Of a stretch of 64,000 nucleotides of DNA, positions 40,501-52,600 are shown one piece after another. How positions within the stretch are numbered: position 1 is the stretch's first letter; each line of letters begins with the position of its first letter. Source of the DNA: Mytilus edulis (lineage: Eukaryota); assembly GCF_963676685.1 (NCBI RefSeq), contig NC_092346.1, positions 9,734,001 to 9,798,000 of the forward strand, written 5' to 3'. The position numbers and the translations under genes were made by a program. The notes beneath the pieces were generated by a model. That model was not told the origin of the DNA. It made no database searches and saw only the letters and a list, made by a program, of their open reading frames with translations.

Positions 40501-43500
40501 GTGGTTAGAGCAATCGATTCTATCACTTGCATTACATCATGTGTGATACAAAATATTTATTTGATGTCGACTTGTCAAATTTAAATGTTCCCAATCAGAG
40601 AAAGCTAAGGTTGTAATGGATAAAGAAGTATGTTATTATATTTGAAATTTGAAAATATATGTATTAACACATCAATATCACATAATAGTTCAGCAATGTC
40701 ACTTTTTCTTATCACTCAATTTATCTCTGAAGTGTTCACAACATCATTCCTACAACCGAACAATGCTTTGTAGTCTTTATGATAGTTTTACCAACGACTT
40801 TATGAATTTTCCTTTACTAAACTAAAATAATAAAAGTTCCTATGTTCCCGGCGTTGCACATATTTTATATTTCCAAGGGGCATAACTATAAATTGTCCAC
40901 CGATATAGAACCTGTCCAAGATATTGCTGATATTTACCTTTAGTATAAGTTTTTTATAAAAATCTGGCAAGAATTGTACCTGTGAGAGCACTAACAAGAT
41001 CAAATCGACACACAGACAGACACCAAGTCCTCTGGGTCACATTATATGGGGGACAAAAAAAAACCTATATTTAAGTCAGTTTAAAACTTTTTATTGCACA
41101 TTTACCTACATTTACTTAAAATACTCATGAATCTACCTAAATTTACTTTTATTACAAATGTATTTACCTAGATTTACTTTTATTATGTGCTTTCTATTAC
41201 AGATGACCAGGGACCCCAGATTTGATGACCTGTCTGGAGAGTACAATGAGAGCTACTTTAAATCTAATTATTCTTTCCTGTACGATATAAAGAGTCGAGA
41301 GAAGGAGGTAATTCAACAATTAAGTTATCATGACATCTTCGATTTTAAATTGCTAAAAAACTACAAGGATGTTCATTACCTTGACTTATATTCATGACCA
41401 GGGCTTTCCTTTGAAGCCGGTAGCCGACGGAAATCCGCTGTTTACAGTGGCTTCAAGTGCCGGCTACTTCACTGACAAAAATATAAATCCAAAAAGAAAA
41501 AATATCTTTTTCAAATGTTTACAGGCAGCCGAGAGACGTATTGTGGCAAAGTCGCGGTCATGATAAACAAGGATGAAAAGTCAGTGTTTACCTTGGGCTA
41601 AATATAGTTCACATGAATTCAGGTCACTGATTGGTTGTCTATTTAAAGTCAGAATGCATCGTTTCTTTTCAAAGATAACAAGAGAGACGTTCCGGTGGTC
41701 ATTGAACGATAACAAAAGAGACGTTCCGATGGTCATTAACTCGTTGGTTTTTTTTTGGCTTATAAAACATGAAGACAATCAGATAGGATGACAGTCTTAT
41801 GTTATGGAATAATATCAGTCAAATTAAAGAAAGTGTAGTAGATATTGTTCAGAATCTGGAAAACAGTATCTTTTGAAGTTCATTTTTCAAAGCCCACATG
41901 GTGTTCAGAGAATCAAGGTCAAAAACCAAAGTAGAATATTGTCGACTCGACTTCAAATAAATAACATTTCCAAATGATTTATGTGTCCGACTTATTGAAC
42001 AGTTTACAAAAAAAAAGAGAAAATCAGAGGATATATCAATTTTCTGTCAATGCTTGAGAAATAATTGTATGATTTAAATACGCATAACAGTCTTTAGAGA
42101 GAAAAGGGGGGTCATTTGTTTACAAATGCACGTAAATATGCAAAATGAATCGAACAAGATTTCTAACAAACCGGATTATTATATAAATAAAACTCCTTTA
42201 AAAGTAAATGAATTTTAAGCATAAGGTAATGAGACATTAGACATTATTTTATTATACCAATCATGGGCCCTTGTCGGGCAAGATACAAAAACATCATAAT
42301 ACAATGATTATATAAACATTAGTGAAATATACAATATATAATACACAAATAATAAATTGATAATATGAGCAATGTAGGATATAATTATGGTAAGAGGCAT
42401 TGAGTGTAACGAAGCCGATTTAATATTAAAAGAATATGATATAAAGTTTATTAATAGGGAAACAAAAAAAAAGTAAAAATAGAACCAGGAATATAGTATC
42501 TCATTCTGAAGTAGTTCTCTTCATGACCAGTGCACAACAATGAGGGACTTTTACATCACAACAATGCAAAGGTCATCAAGGGGAGATCCTTCAGAACTAG
42601 CTACAGATACATGAGATATGAGATTACTCCAATAGTGATTGTCCTCATGATTAATGCACAGTAGCAAGGGTTGACATTGCTACTGGGCAATATTCATCAA
42701 GGGACGGTGCTCTAGAACTCACTATAGAGAAAATATAAAGTTCAAATTACAAGTAGTAGAGGGAGATAAATCCCATTAAAACTTTTCACATTTCTTAAGG
42801 AACATGCATACTTCTGATAATAAATTCTCATATTCATTATTCATTAACCATATGCATTGGCACATCTCATTGATATGGAGATTGTTTGTACCTTCAGTCA
42901 GGTCACTTTGAATATTTGCATAACTTACATGTTAAAGTATTGCTATTTTATATTCAACATTTGCAATATCAAAATGACAAAAAGGAGAGACATATCTCTG
43001 TCATAACAGTTTATTATGAATAAATACTTATCTTCATAAATCATTTATTTAGAAAATCAAGAAGACTATGAAAAAAGAAAAAGATCCTGAAAAGAAAGTG
43101 GAACTCAAGATGCTATACAACAGAATGGTTAGTATGATATTGTAAATATGATCTATACATGTACTACTAAAAGAAAATACCGATTTCATAGAGCCGCAAC
43201 TCCTCTGAACCATACAAAGTCAGAAATATTTGTGATATGGCATATAAATGTAATGATTTATTCTTCCTAAATTTGTCTTTGAAAAGAATCTCTTCCACAT
43301 ACAACACTAATTTCTGAAAAAATATCCAAATTTGAAGATCGTTATCGATCCCTGTTTTATACACTTTCGTGCATACTCAGTCAATGTACTGCCCGCGAAA
43401 TGCAAAATCTCTTTTGTTTCAATAATTGCCCAATATTGTAATGCGATTTGCTGGCATCTTCTAGTATTTTAAATGTTGATAACATTCAATATAGAGAAAA

Positions 43501-45475
43501 TACTACTGTGGGTTCATTATTATTCATACAAATTTCTACAGCCCAATAAGCTGACTTTTTTAAAACCACGAAATCAAATATCCATAAAAATACAATTTTT
43601 GTTTAATCCTCGAAAACGTCGGCACTCATACAAATAAATGAATACAGAGTATAGGGATATTACTATCCTTGTCTGAATACATGTTCTTTTCTAGCTGACT
43701 GGTAAAATTTAAGCTGAAAACGATAAGTTTGTGACTATTTATTCTTTTCATACAAGTAACAAATTTACTGGATTAAAAACATAATTTTGTTTCATTTGCA
43801 AGGCCATACTGATCTTTTGATGTGTTCTACTTCTGTCTGATGTTGATTTTTCTGATCAAAATCACCTTGAATTTCTGCTATTAGTTAATCAATTTAGACC
43901 AATTCAGAAAAAAAAACACATTTAAAAATTTGAAAGATACTTTAATATTGTGATGCATATGATACTTTTCAATATCTGCATAATGTCAGAAGATTAAATA
44001 CTGGTGTGAGCATCATTTACAATGTATACTAGTATGGATTCATTTATTTTTGTGGTTACCAATTTTTGTGGAATAAAAAAAAACTTACATGTTAGTGGAT
44101 ATTTAGTTTTGTGGTATTGCCAAAATCTGCATATAAGCCTATAGAAAATTTGTTATTTATTGAACATTTAATTTCATGATTCACCTGTACCCACAAACTC
44201 CACAAAAAAATGGTATTCAACAAATAATAATAGATCCACAGAAGTTAAAACTTTTGTGAAAGAAATTTTCATGTACCTTGCTATTGACCTTTTTGTGAGA
44301 TTGGACGTTAATGTTTGAATTATCTTCTATAAAGGACCAACAAGAACAGTCAGAGAAACAGAAAGACAAAAGGAAAACATTGGAAAAAGAATGGAAGAAA
44401 AAGGAACAGTCTCAAGTCAAGGAAGGAAAGAAGCCATTTTTCTTAAAGAAAAGTAAGGAAGATAACTCTTTATTTTTCTAGGGTATAACATGGACTTTTC
44501 TAATAGTGTATCAGTGATGTTATACTAATTGAAAAGATAATTAACACAATAAAATTATGATGTCCTCAGAAATGTTGATAACGAATCTTATCATCATTAG
44601 ACAATTTTTCTATGACTAAGGTGCTACATGGTAACTACATGTATTACAACATATATAAATTAGAACCTTAACTATTCAATTGACTTATTACAATTATCAA
44701 TTGACAATATCATTGAATGATCTTTTATCAATAGGGGAAAATTGATGAACTTCCAAAAATAAGAGATTCTAATGCAAGAACGTTTGTAAAGTTTATTTTT
44801 ATTGGATAACATCACTTTTTTACATGGCATCATTTGATAATTGATGCTATGGAACATACGCGCAGACGGCATATGACAGATTTTAATTACATGTTTTAAT
44901 GTTGTTTTCTATTAGTTTCATTAGAATGGAGATAACAATACTGTATGTTAAGCTCCGACAGCATCAATTGGGGATTTGATGGTCGCAAATTACCTTTAAC
45001 TGTCTCCGCTAATGTGTCACCAGTAAACTTGATTTGCTACCATCAAAATCCCCAATTGATGCCGTCGAAGCTTAAAATAGAATACAGTTATCTCCTAAAT
45101 ATATCAATGTAGCCAATGAAGTTGATTTTTAATAATTGAATAGAAATGAAAAGTACCACATCTCTGTTTGGTTTGAGAAAATGATTACTTATGCATTGCA
45201 AATGTTGGGTTCCTCCCAATATGTTGTCAAAAATATTCTGTCTAACAAGTTTAGTTTAAATTTGCAAGAGTTACAAATTTGGATTTACAGTTATGTTTGC
45301 CATGATGAAATTCTCATTAAGATATATTTTATATTTTAAAGCTGATCTACGCAAGCTTGAATTGGCAGAAAAATACAAGGAGTTGCAGAAGAGTGGAAAA
45401 CTAGAAAATTATCTAAGTAAAAAGAGAAAGAAGACAGCACAAAAAGAGAAGAAGAAACTTCCATTAATGACTTAA
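31582..45475 (+). CDS. RRP36: Ribosomal RNA processing protein 36 homolog, 9 coding exons, ~298 aa
   Basis: Exons 31582-31824, 32564-32579 (micro-exon), 33135-33195 (LSNMSFEELIQLKERLGLKV), 33640-33717 (FKRENKNR), 40250-40316 (PMEMSSKRPV), 41203-41307 (RDPRFDDLSGEYN), 43053-43127, 44335-44452 (GKKPFFLKK), 45342-45475 (LELAEKYKELQKSGKLENYLSKKRKK). Sum 897 nt in frame. The acceptor at 31560 implies an upstream non-coding exon. Confidence 0.93.
33874..35128 (+). repeat. HINE-like element with ~7 tandem copies of a 161-bp satellite unit
   Basis: GAGTTATGGTTCTTGAAAGA at 34081, 34242, 34403, 34564, 34725, 34886 (period 161) plus a degenerate copy. 5' GGCGGTCGGTCGGGCGGGCGG microsatellite; 3' hairpin CTGTC-GTTGT-GACAG then CTCTTGT. 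Confidence 0.88.
35750..36339 (+). pseudogene. Harbinger/ISL2EU-type DDE transposase (DDE_Tnp_4-like), C-terminal catalytic half only
   Basis: Motifs CIIDCFEIFIDRP, YSNYKKHSTVKVLIG, WGGRVSD, ILADRGF, IPAFTKGKSQLSAEEV, RIHIERVIG with all three D-D-E residues. The first ~60 aa of track ORF 35569-36339 look unrelated; no THAP/HTH region seen. Confidence 0.9.
36813..39780 (-). CDS. Transposon-encoded SWIM zinc finger + YqaJ/lambda-exonuclease-like nuclease + PHD finger protein, 3 exons, 582 aa
   Basis: Exons 39597-39780, 38390-38621, 36813-38145 (GT-AG, 1749 nt, no stops). SWIM: AHCNCMAGLAESCSHIAALLF, split by intron 2. YqaJ: TQKQSSSLTWHEQRIGRITSS, WGKENE, FIGASADS, IEVKCP, YYYQIQLHM. PHD: YCYC...MIGCDNPQCKTQWYHLKC...WLCKDC. 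Confidence 0.92.
44928..45095. mobile_element. Imperfect palindromic MITE
   Basis: GGAGATAAC...TAAGCTCCGACAGCATCAATTGGG mirrored by CCCAATTGATGCCGTCGAAGCTTA...GTTATCTCC. Confidence 0.75.
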
Positions 45476-45985
45476 TTATTTTATTATATGCATATCAATT
45501 AAATATTTGAACATCTTTATGGGATGCTGGTTTTTGATGCCTACTATTTAAAGATATAGAAATAAGAAAATGTGATATAATGACCAATGAGATAACCTTC
45601 AATCAGAGACCTAAAGACGTAATGGTTTGCAACTAAAGGGTCACTGTTTCACCAGAATAATACTTTGACCTACAATTGTTTAGATTTTATACATTGTGAC
45701 TTGGATGGAGAGTTGTCTCATTAGCACTGCTACCATATCTTCTTATTTAAATGATTGAATGTGAGGTATCATTTAATGTTACACTGACCCATTAATAACC
45801 AAAAGAAATCTATAGAGATCTACATACCATTTTTCGCCCAATCTAAATAATGGTTGTGTATAAATTAAACAGAAACCGCTTAAAATATTCCATCAACACC
45901 AAATCTTGTAACTACATGCAACAAAGAAACTTGAAGAGATGAAATAAGACAACCAGTGTATTTGAGATCTTGGTCTTTAATTTAA

Positions 45986-46251
45986 GGTGGTACCTAACAC
46001 TACAGGGAGATAACTCTAAAGTCAGCTAAACGTTTTAACTATGTTGTGTTGTAAAGGGAAAACTAAGCTTCGCAATGATCAAAATTGGTCAAACTGCTAT
46101 ATAACCAGTGTAATTTTTCTGACAAAATGGTTGGTTTTAAAATTTTTGAATTTTTTCATATCGTCGCTTGGCTTCAAAGTAAATACTTTGTCAAAATTTT
46201 ATGAAAATTAAAGGAGCCAAATTAATTTTAGTGAAAGTGTTAGGTACCACC
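45986..46251. mobile_element. MITE with 16-bp TIR at a TTAA site (Kolobok/piggyBac-type target)
   Basis: TTAA|GGTGGTACCTAACACT ... AGTGTTAGGTACCACC|TTAA. Confidence 0.85.
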
Positions 46252-46835
46252 TTAATGAAATATAAGACTAATATTGTGAATATTCTCCTTGAACTTTGAA
46301 TTAACTCTACAAACTTGCTAAAGCATTTTCGCTCATTGATTCGGTGAAAGGCTGTCGGTATAAAACAAGTGCAGTGTAATAATTCATAATTTCCTATTGT
46401 TTTTACCATTTTCTTCCCAAATCTTGTGATTGATATGATTTATGATAAAATTTATGCTAATGTGATTTACTATGTATAAAGGAAAACAAGTCTGAAAACA
46501 GGAACAAATTTTATAGTAATAACATTTTATAAATAATTTGTATTAAAGAATGATTTCATCAGTTTTTTCACAACTTTTTATTTTTAAGATGACTCATCAT
46601 GAGTGAAATTTTTAAAGTGTTGAAACTTTTAAAGGGACATAATCAAAATGGTATTCTGCTGTACATATGATACATTTCAAATTATTTCCCTTAAATATCA
46701 CCATATCAGTTATAACAAATGAAATAACTTCCTGTTAAAAAACAAAGCAATTTATTGGCCAACAAAACAACTATTAGAACTAATAAAACAAATGTTCATA
46801 AGTATTATTTAGAAGCTTTCATATCCAAATTAATA

Positions 46836-47310
46836 TTTTTATGCCCCACCTACTGCCCCACCTACTATAGTAGAGGGGCATTATGTTTTCTGGTCTGTGC
46901 CTCCGTTCGTCCGTCCGTCTGTCTGTGCCTCCGTTCGTTGGTCCGGTTAAAGTTTTTGGTCGAGGTAGTTTTTGATGAAGCTGAAGTCCAATCAACTTGA
47001 AACTTAATACACATGTTCCCCATGATATGATCTTTCTAATTTTAATGCCAAATTATAGTTTTGACCCCAATTTCATGGTCCACTGAACATAGAAAATGAT
47101 AGTGCAAAGTTCAAGTTAAAGTTTTTGGTCAAGGTAGTTTTTGATGAAGTTAAAGTTACATCAACTTGAAACTTAGTACACATGTTCCCTATGATATGAT
47201 CTTTCTAATTTTAATTCCAAATTAAAGTTTTGACCCCAATTTCACGGTCCACTGAACATAGAAAATGAAAGTGGGAGTGGGGCATCCGTGTACTATGGAC
47301 ATATTCTTGT
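46836..47310 (+). mobile_element. HINE-like element with two ~170-bp internal repeats
   Basis: TTTTTATGCCCCAC start, (CCGT/CTGT)n microsatellite, inverted GTGGGGCAT near the end, terminal TTCTTGTT. Truncated reverse copy at ~20333-20580. Confidence 0.75.
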
Positions 47311-47350
47311 TAAACTAGTGTTCCTTAAACTAAAGTACTGTTAAGTTTTC

Positions 47351-48127
47351 TTTTTTTAGCTCACCTGGCCTAAAAGGCCAAGTGAGCTTCTCTCATCACT
47401 TGGCATCCGTTGTCCGTCATAGTCTTCGTCCATCGTCGTTAACTTTTACAAGAATCTTCTCCTCTGAAACTACTGGGCCAAATTTAACCAAACTTAGCAA
47501 CAATCATTATTGGGGTATCTAGTTAAAAAAATGTGTCTGGTGACCTAGCCAACCAACCAAGATGGCAGCCATGGCTAAAAATGGAACACAGGGGTAAAAT
47601 GTAGATTTTGGTTTAAAACTCTGAATCCGAAGCATTTAGAGAAAATCTGACATGAGGTTACATTGTTTATCAAGTCAAGATCTATCAGCCCTGAAATTTT
47701 CAGACGAATCGGACAACTTGTTGTCTGGTTGCTGCCCCTGATTTGGCAATTTTTAGGAATTTTTTCCGTTTTTGGTTATTATCTTGAATATTATCATAGA
47801 GATAAACTGTAAACAGCATTAATGTTCAGCAAAGTAAGATCTACAAATAAGTCAACATGACCAAAATGGAGTTATTGCCCTTTAAAGTCAATTTTAAACA
47901 AATTTTGTAAATTTTTGTTAATTTTAACAAAATATATTCCTCTGTAACTAATGGGCCAAGTTCATTATAGATAGAGATAATTGTAAGTAGCAAGAATGTT
48001 AAGTGAAGTAAGATCTACAAACACATCACCGTCACCAAAACACAATTTTGTCATAATCCACCTGTCTTGCGTTTAATATGCACATAGACCAAGGTGAGCG
48101 ACACAGGCTTTTAAGAGCCTCTAGTTT
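47351..48127 (+). mobile_element. HINE-like element (TTAGCTCACCTGG family)
   Basis: GCTCACCTGG start versus CCAAGGTGAGC near the end; CGTC-type microsatellite; terminal hairpin AGGCT-TTTAAG-AGCCT. Confidence 0.75.
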
Positions 48128-49638
48128 TTTTTTTAAATTTGTTGACTCAGACATTGAATCACCAGAATAAGATAATAAAATATTTTTTATTACACTGCAC
48201 TTACTTCATACAACCTTTCACTTAAGCAATTACTAGTTGACCTGTGTGTAAATTCATACTGCAATCGGGTACCGGTTTTGAATTTTTTGTAATTTTGTAA
48301 ATTAGCAATTGATGGAACTTCTGAAATTATGCATGAAAACTTACTGTGAAAATAAGGGTTGATGACCTGGTTTCTGTTGTTTTACTTTAAACAATATTCT
48401 GATCTTGAGTCAACCTTTATTGTAGCTATTTCCTTCTTTGTTTGAATGAAAGTATAATTGAGTGATATTTGTGTTTATAGTTAGGTATTTCTTATGTGTA
48501 TAGATTTATATTATTGTGTTATATTATTGTTTATATACCTACAAAAATCTTTAAGCCATACCTAACCAATGGAGTGCCTTTAAATCAAGCATCTCATTGG
48601 CACTCATACCACATCTTCCTATATTTATATACAACTAATTAGAATACAAGTATGCATACAAAATATATTTTGACATATCATACATAGTTGCTCAGGAGCA
48701 GACCTCATCAGGAAACTAAAACGAGAAAGTGAGTTGAAGGTCAAACTTAAAAGCTCTTATCATGAATAACCTTCATAATAATGTTTGTTATCGTAAGTGA
48801 GAATATCATGTTAAAGTATATGCAAATGTTGAAGCTGGCATCTTTACTGCCACAGGATTGATTGATTTGATTTTTGGTGTTTTAAGCACCGCTTTGGGGA
48901 TATTTCCTGGCAGCCAGTTTTTATTGGTGGAGAAAGCCAGAGTGCCCGGAGAAAGCCCAAAAATGAAAATACAGATCAGTATTCATAAAAATAATTTGTA
49001 CTGAATGCATATTAAACCTAAGAAATGTCAATCCAATCATTTAGGATGAGTAGCTTTCACTAGCGAACAATGAAAAAGAAGATTTTATTTTATTTTTGGT
49101 GTCTTAACGCCACTTTTTAGCACTGTATGTAGGCTATTTTGTGGAGGCCAGTTTTTATTGTTGGAGGAAGCTGGAGTGCTGGGAGAAAACCACGACCTTT
49201 GTTAGGAAAACTGACAATCCTAGTCAATAAAGATTGGAGTCGATTGCACCCGCACGATCAAGGATCGAACTCACAACCTCAGTGTTGACTGGCTAGTGAT
49301 TACAGTAGTAACAACTTAGACCACTCAGCTATTCGAGGCCCCTACTGCCAAAGGAAAGGAAACACCTAAGTAAGACATAATGTGGATGACTACATTGACT
49401 AGTACATGTATAAACCAACAATAGCATCATTTGACATAAGCCTGTAAAACATGCATATACCTTATGATGGATTTGTGACAGACTAAACACTATCTTCCAA
49501 ATATCAGTGAAACAAATGAGACACAATTTCACAAAGTGCATGAAAAAAAAGTAAAAACATTTTTAAACACTAAATTTTAATAAAATTTTATACCACTTTC
49601 ACACATCCAACCATACAATACATGTATATACAATATTT

Positions 49639-52600
49639 CTATAATCGTAACAATTTTGCTTGTTTCTTTTCTTCAAGTTCTTTATCTTGTTGTTCTACTA
49701 TTAACTTTCTTTCCGCTAAGAATTCTCCATATTCCTCTGGGTCAAGGTCTTTGACAACTTCAATGCCTATACTGTGTGCAGCTCCAATGACTAGCTGACA
49801 AATATTTTTAAGGTCAACATGTTCGAATCCTTGATCTTTACTTTTGATTTCTGCTATTTCATAAATATGCTTCACTGTTACCTTCCCAGCTATTTCATTT
49901 CCTGCAAAATAATTTAAAATATTTATTGAAAAAAAAACATTCACAGGCAGAAACCCAGTTGAAATAGAACAAAAGAATTGAAGCTCTTTGTCAGAGAAGG
50001 CGATAACTGCTTACTGTAATGTTTACTATAGTAACAAAATTTAAGTTAATAGCAACAAATAAAACAATGATTTTCTTCTCAAATATGAAGTGTTTTATTT
50101 TAAAAACACCATTTGCATAAGTTTTCAATTGATCTATTACAAAGTTAAGCAGAACAATTAGATACCAAGTCAACGACATGGGTATCTATCAAGTTGGATG
50201 TAGAAAATGCATAACCTCCAATTTTTTTTCTTCCAAACTACCATGGATGGAGAACATATCAATCTATTAGTTCAGTAATTTTCGTGTCTGCCCTTCCATT
50301 ATGTGACTCAAGAAAAAAATCAAAAAAATTAGTAAGAATTGTATTGAAAAAAGAAAATCAATTTATGCTAGGGCGTGTTTGAGGTATATATTTTGTCTTT
50401 AAAACGTACAAAGCAAGAGTATTTGATATATCATCTCACTTCAGATTCTATCATTTTTATAAATCGAAGCTACAGGTTGACTTCATAACATTAAAAAATC
50501 ACAGTACGAAAAGATGAAATATATGGGTCAAGTGAAATACCTATCTAATGAATCACAAAACAGAGTAGGTGTGTTCGAATAGCTATTTTTTTTTTACTAA
50601 AAGTACTTGACGACAGTCTTTTAAGTTGGATGATGAAAATGCATATCTTCGAAAAAATATAATTTTGTGTGTGTGATAACTAGTGTTTATAATCTTCAAC
50701 CACTGAATTTTTTTAGCCCTTCCACGAAATATTTAATTAGAATTTTTTTAAATGTTTAAGAATTTTCGAAAATTCCACCTGACAACCGATCAGACAATAG
50801 TTTAAAGTTGAATTAATGCAGACAATATCATTAACTGATGATCATTAGCTAGTAGATACATTTGTCTTTTAAAATACAACTGACTTATAAGGATCGTAAT
50901 GGTGCTATGTAGGCCTAGATAAATTTATCGGTTTTCAACAGCAAAATTGGTGGGTCATCCCTACAATGGCTTCCATTTCTACGATTGCGAAAATGTACTG
51001 GCGTAATGGAGAGATAATTTTGACGAAGTAGAATCCTGACTGTTCAGTCAAGACACTAAAAAGAATACCAGCTAGAGCCAATCTGATTGAAATGAATAAG
51101 CAAAAAGAAGTTTAGTAATGATATTCATTTACATGTAGGTTACAACTGGAGACAATCTGATTGAAAGGAACTATTGTTGTTCCCAAACTTAGGAGGATTC
51201 AATCAATTGAAGCCAGTGAGCTGTTCACTGAAGATGCTGGTAATAATCACCTTTAATCAATATTGATTTAGGTCAACAAGGGAATTACATGTACAATAAA
51301 AAACGTATAACAAAAATTGACATTGGAAAAAATTTCGGATTAAATTTTAGAAAAAAGCTGAATATTAAATTCTTAACAGAAAGGACAGAAGAAGGCTAAA
51401 AAAGCAGGAGATTTTGACTCCCGCCAGAAGAATCATATGTTTGTTATTTATTGATGCCAAAGTCTTGATAAACCTATTATTTATAAATTCATTTGTAGAT
51501 GTTGAAGTTTTTATCTGTAATATTTTTCAACCTGTTCAAGATGATAAGAAAAAAACACTAAAATCACTGAAGGTAAAAACTTTAAATAAGAACATTAGCT
51601 CAATAAAGCACTAAACATGCATGAAATATTTGCCACTGGACATTAAGCAACCAACAATCAATCAATTAAGCACTTATATTTTGAATTACTGGTCATTTCT
51701 TGTTGTTTACAATTTGTTTCTAACGATTATAGTTTTCAAGATAAAACGCAAACACAATTCCTTCCAGTTGTGTTATTAATTTTGGTGAAAGTAAATTGAC
51801 TTAAGAACACAACTTCCTGATTATAGCAGTGTTCTCCCCAGGCCGTTTTAGCGTCGCGGTACCGCGACGCTATATTTTTTCACCGTGATGGTATAATAAT
51901 TCCCGCGACGCTATAATTATTTTAAAGATGCTATTTTACTTGTCCTCAATTTTGAACTTTCATCTATTATCGATTATGATCATAAAAATTATATCACCTT
52001 TAATTGTAATCCCTTTAAGTCGGACACTAAAGGCAATTAAGAGATTGAATAGCCAGGTGTTAATTGCCCTCAGGGTGATAACTGTTTGGATGCGAATATC
52101 CCAAGCTGACACTTGTGACATGACTAATACCACGTGTCTGCAATCACCAATTTCGACATGGAAAAATGCAATCACAAAAACAATTCGAAATCTATGTTTT
52201 GTATTACGAAATTTCAAAGATTAAAACGATTTTTTATTTTTTTAAAAGGTCGTTTATTTGTGCAACTCTCCAAAAAATACTTTCTTTCTCTTCCGGTAAT
52301 ACGAGAGCGAGAATTTTGGTTTTGAGCTAAAATAAGTTTTATACTTCTTTAAAAAGTGATCATAATTGGCTTAAGTTTATGTTTAATTCATTTAATGCAT
52401 TAAAAGCGTCTTATTCATTCACAATCTCTTGTCAAACAATGTTTATTCTCGGACTCATTTTCGTAAATTTTTCTACGGCCGCCATTGCACATTTTTGTGT
52501 AAATTACGGATCGGAACCGGACCAGATATGTCAAAAATCCGCATTTTCACGATAATAACAACAGACGGACGGTAGACAGAAAAAATATACCAATAGAGAA

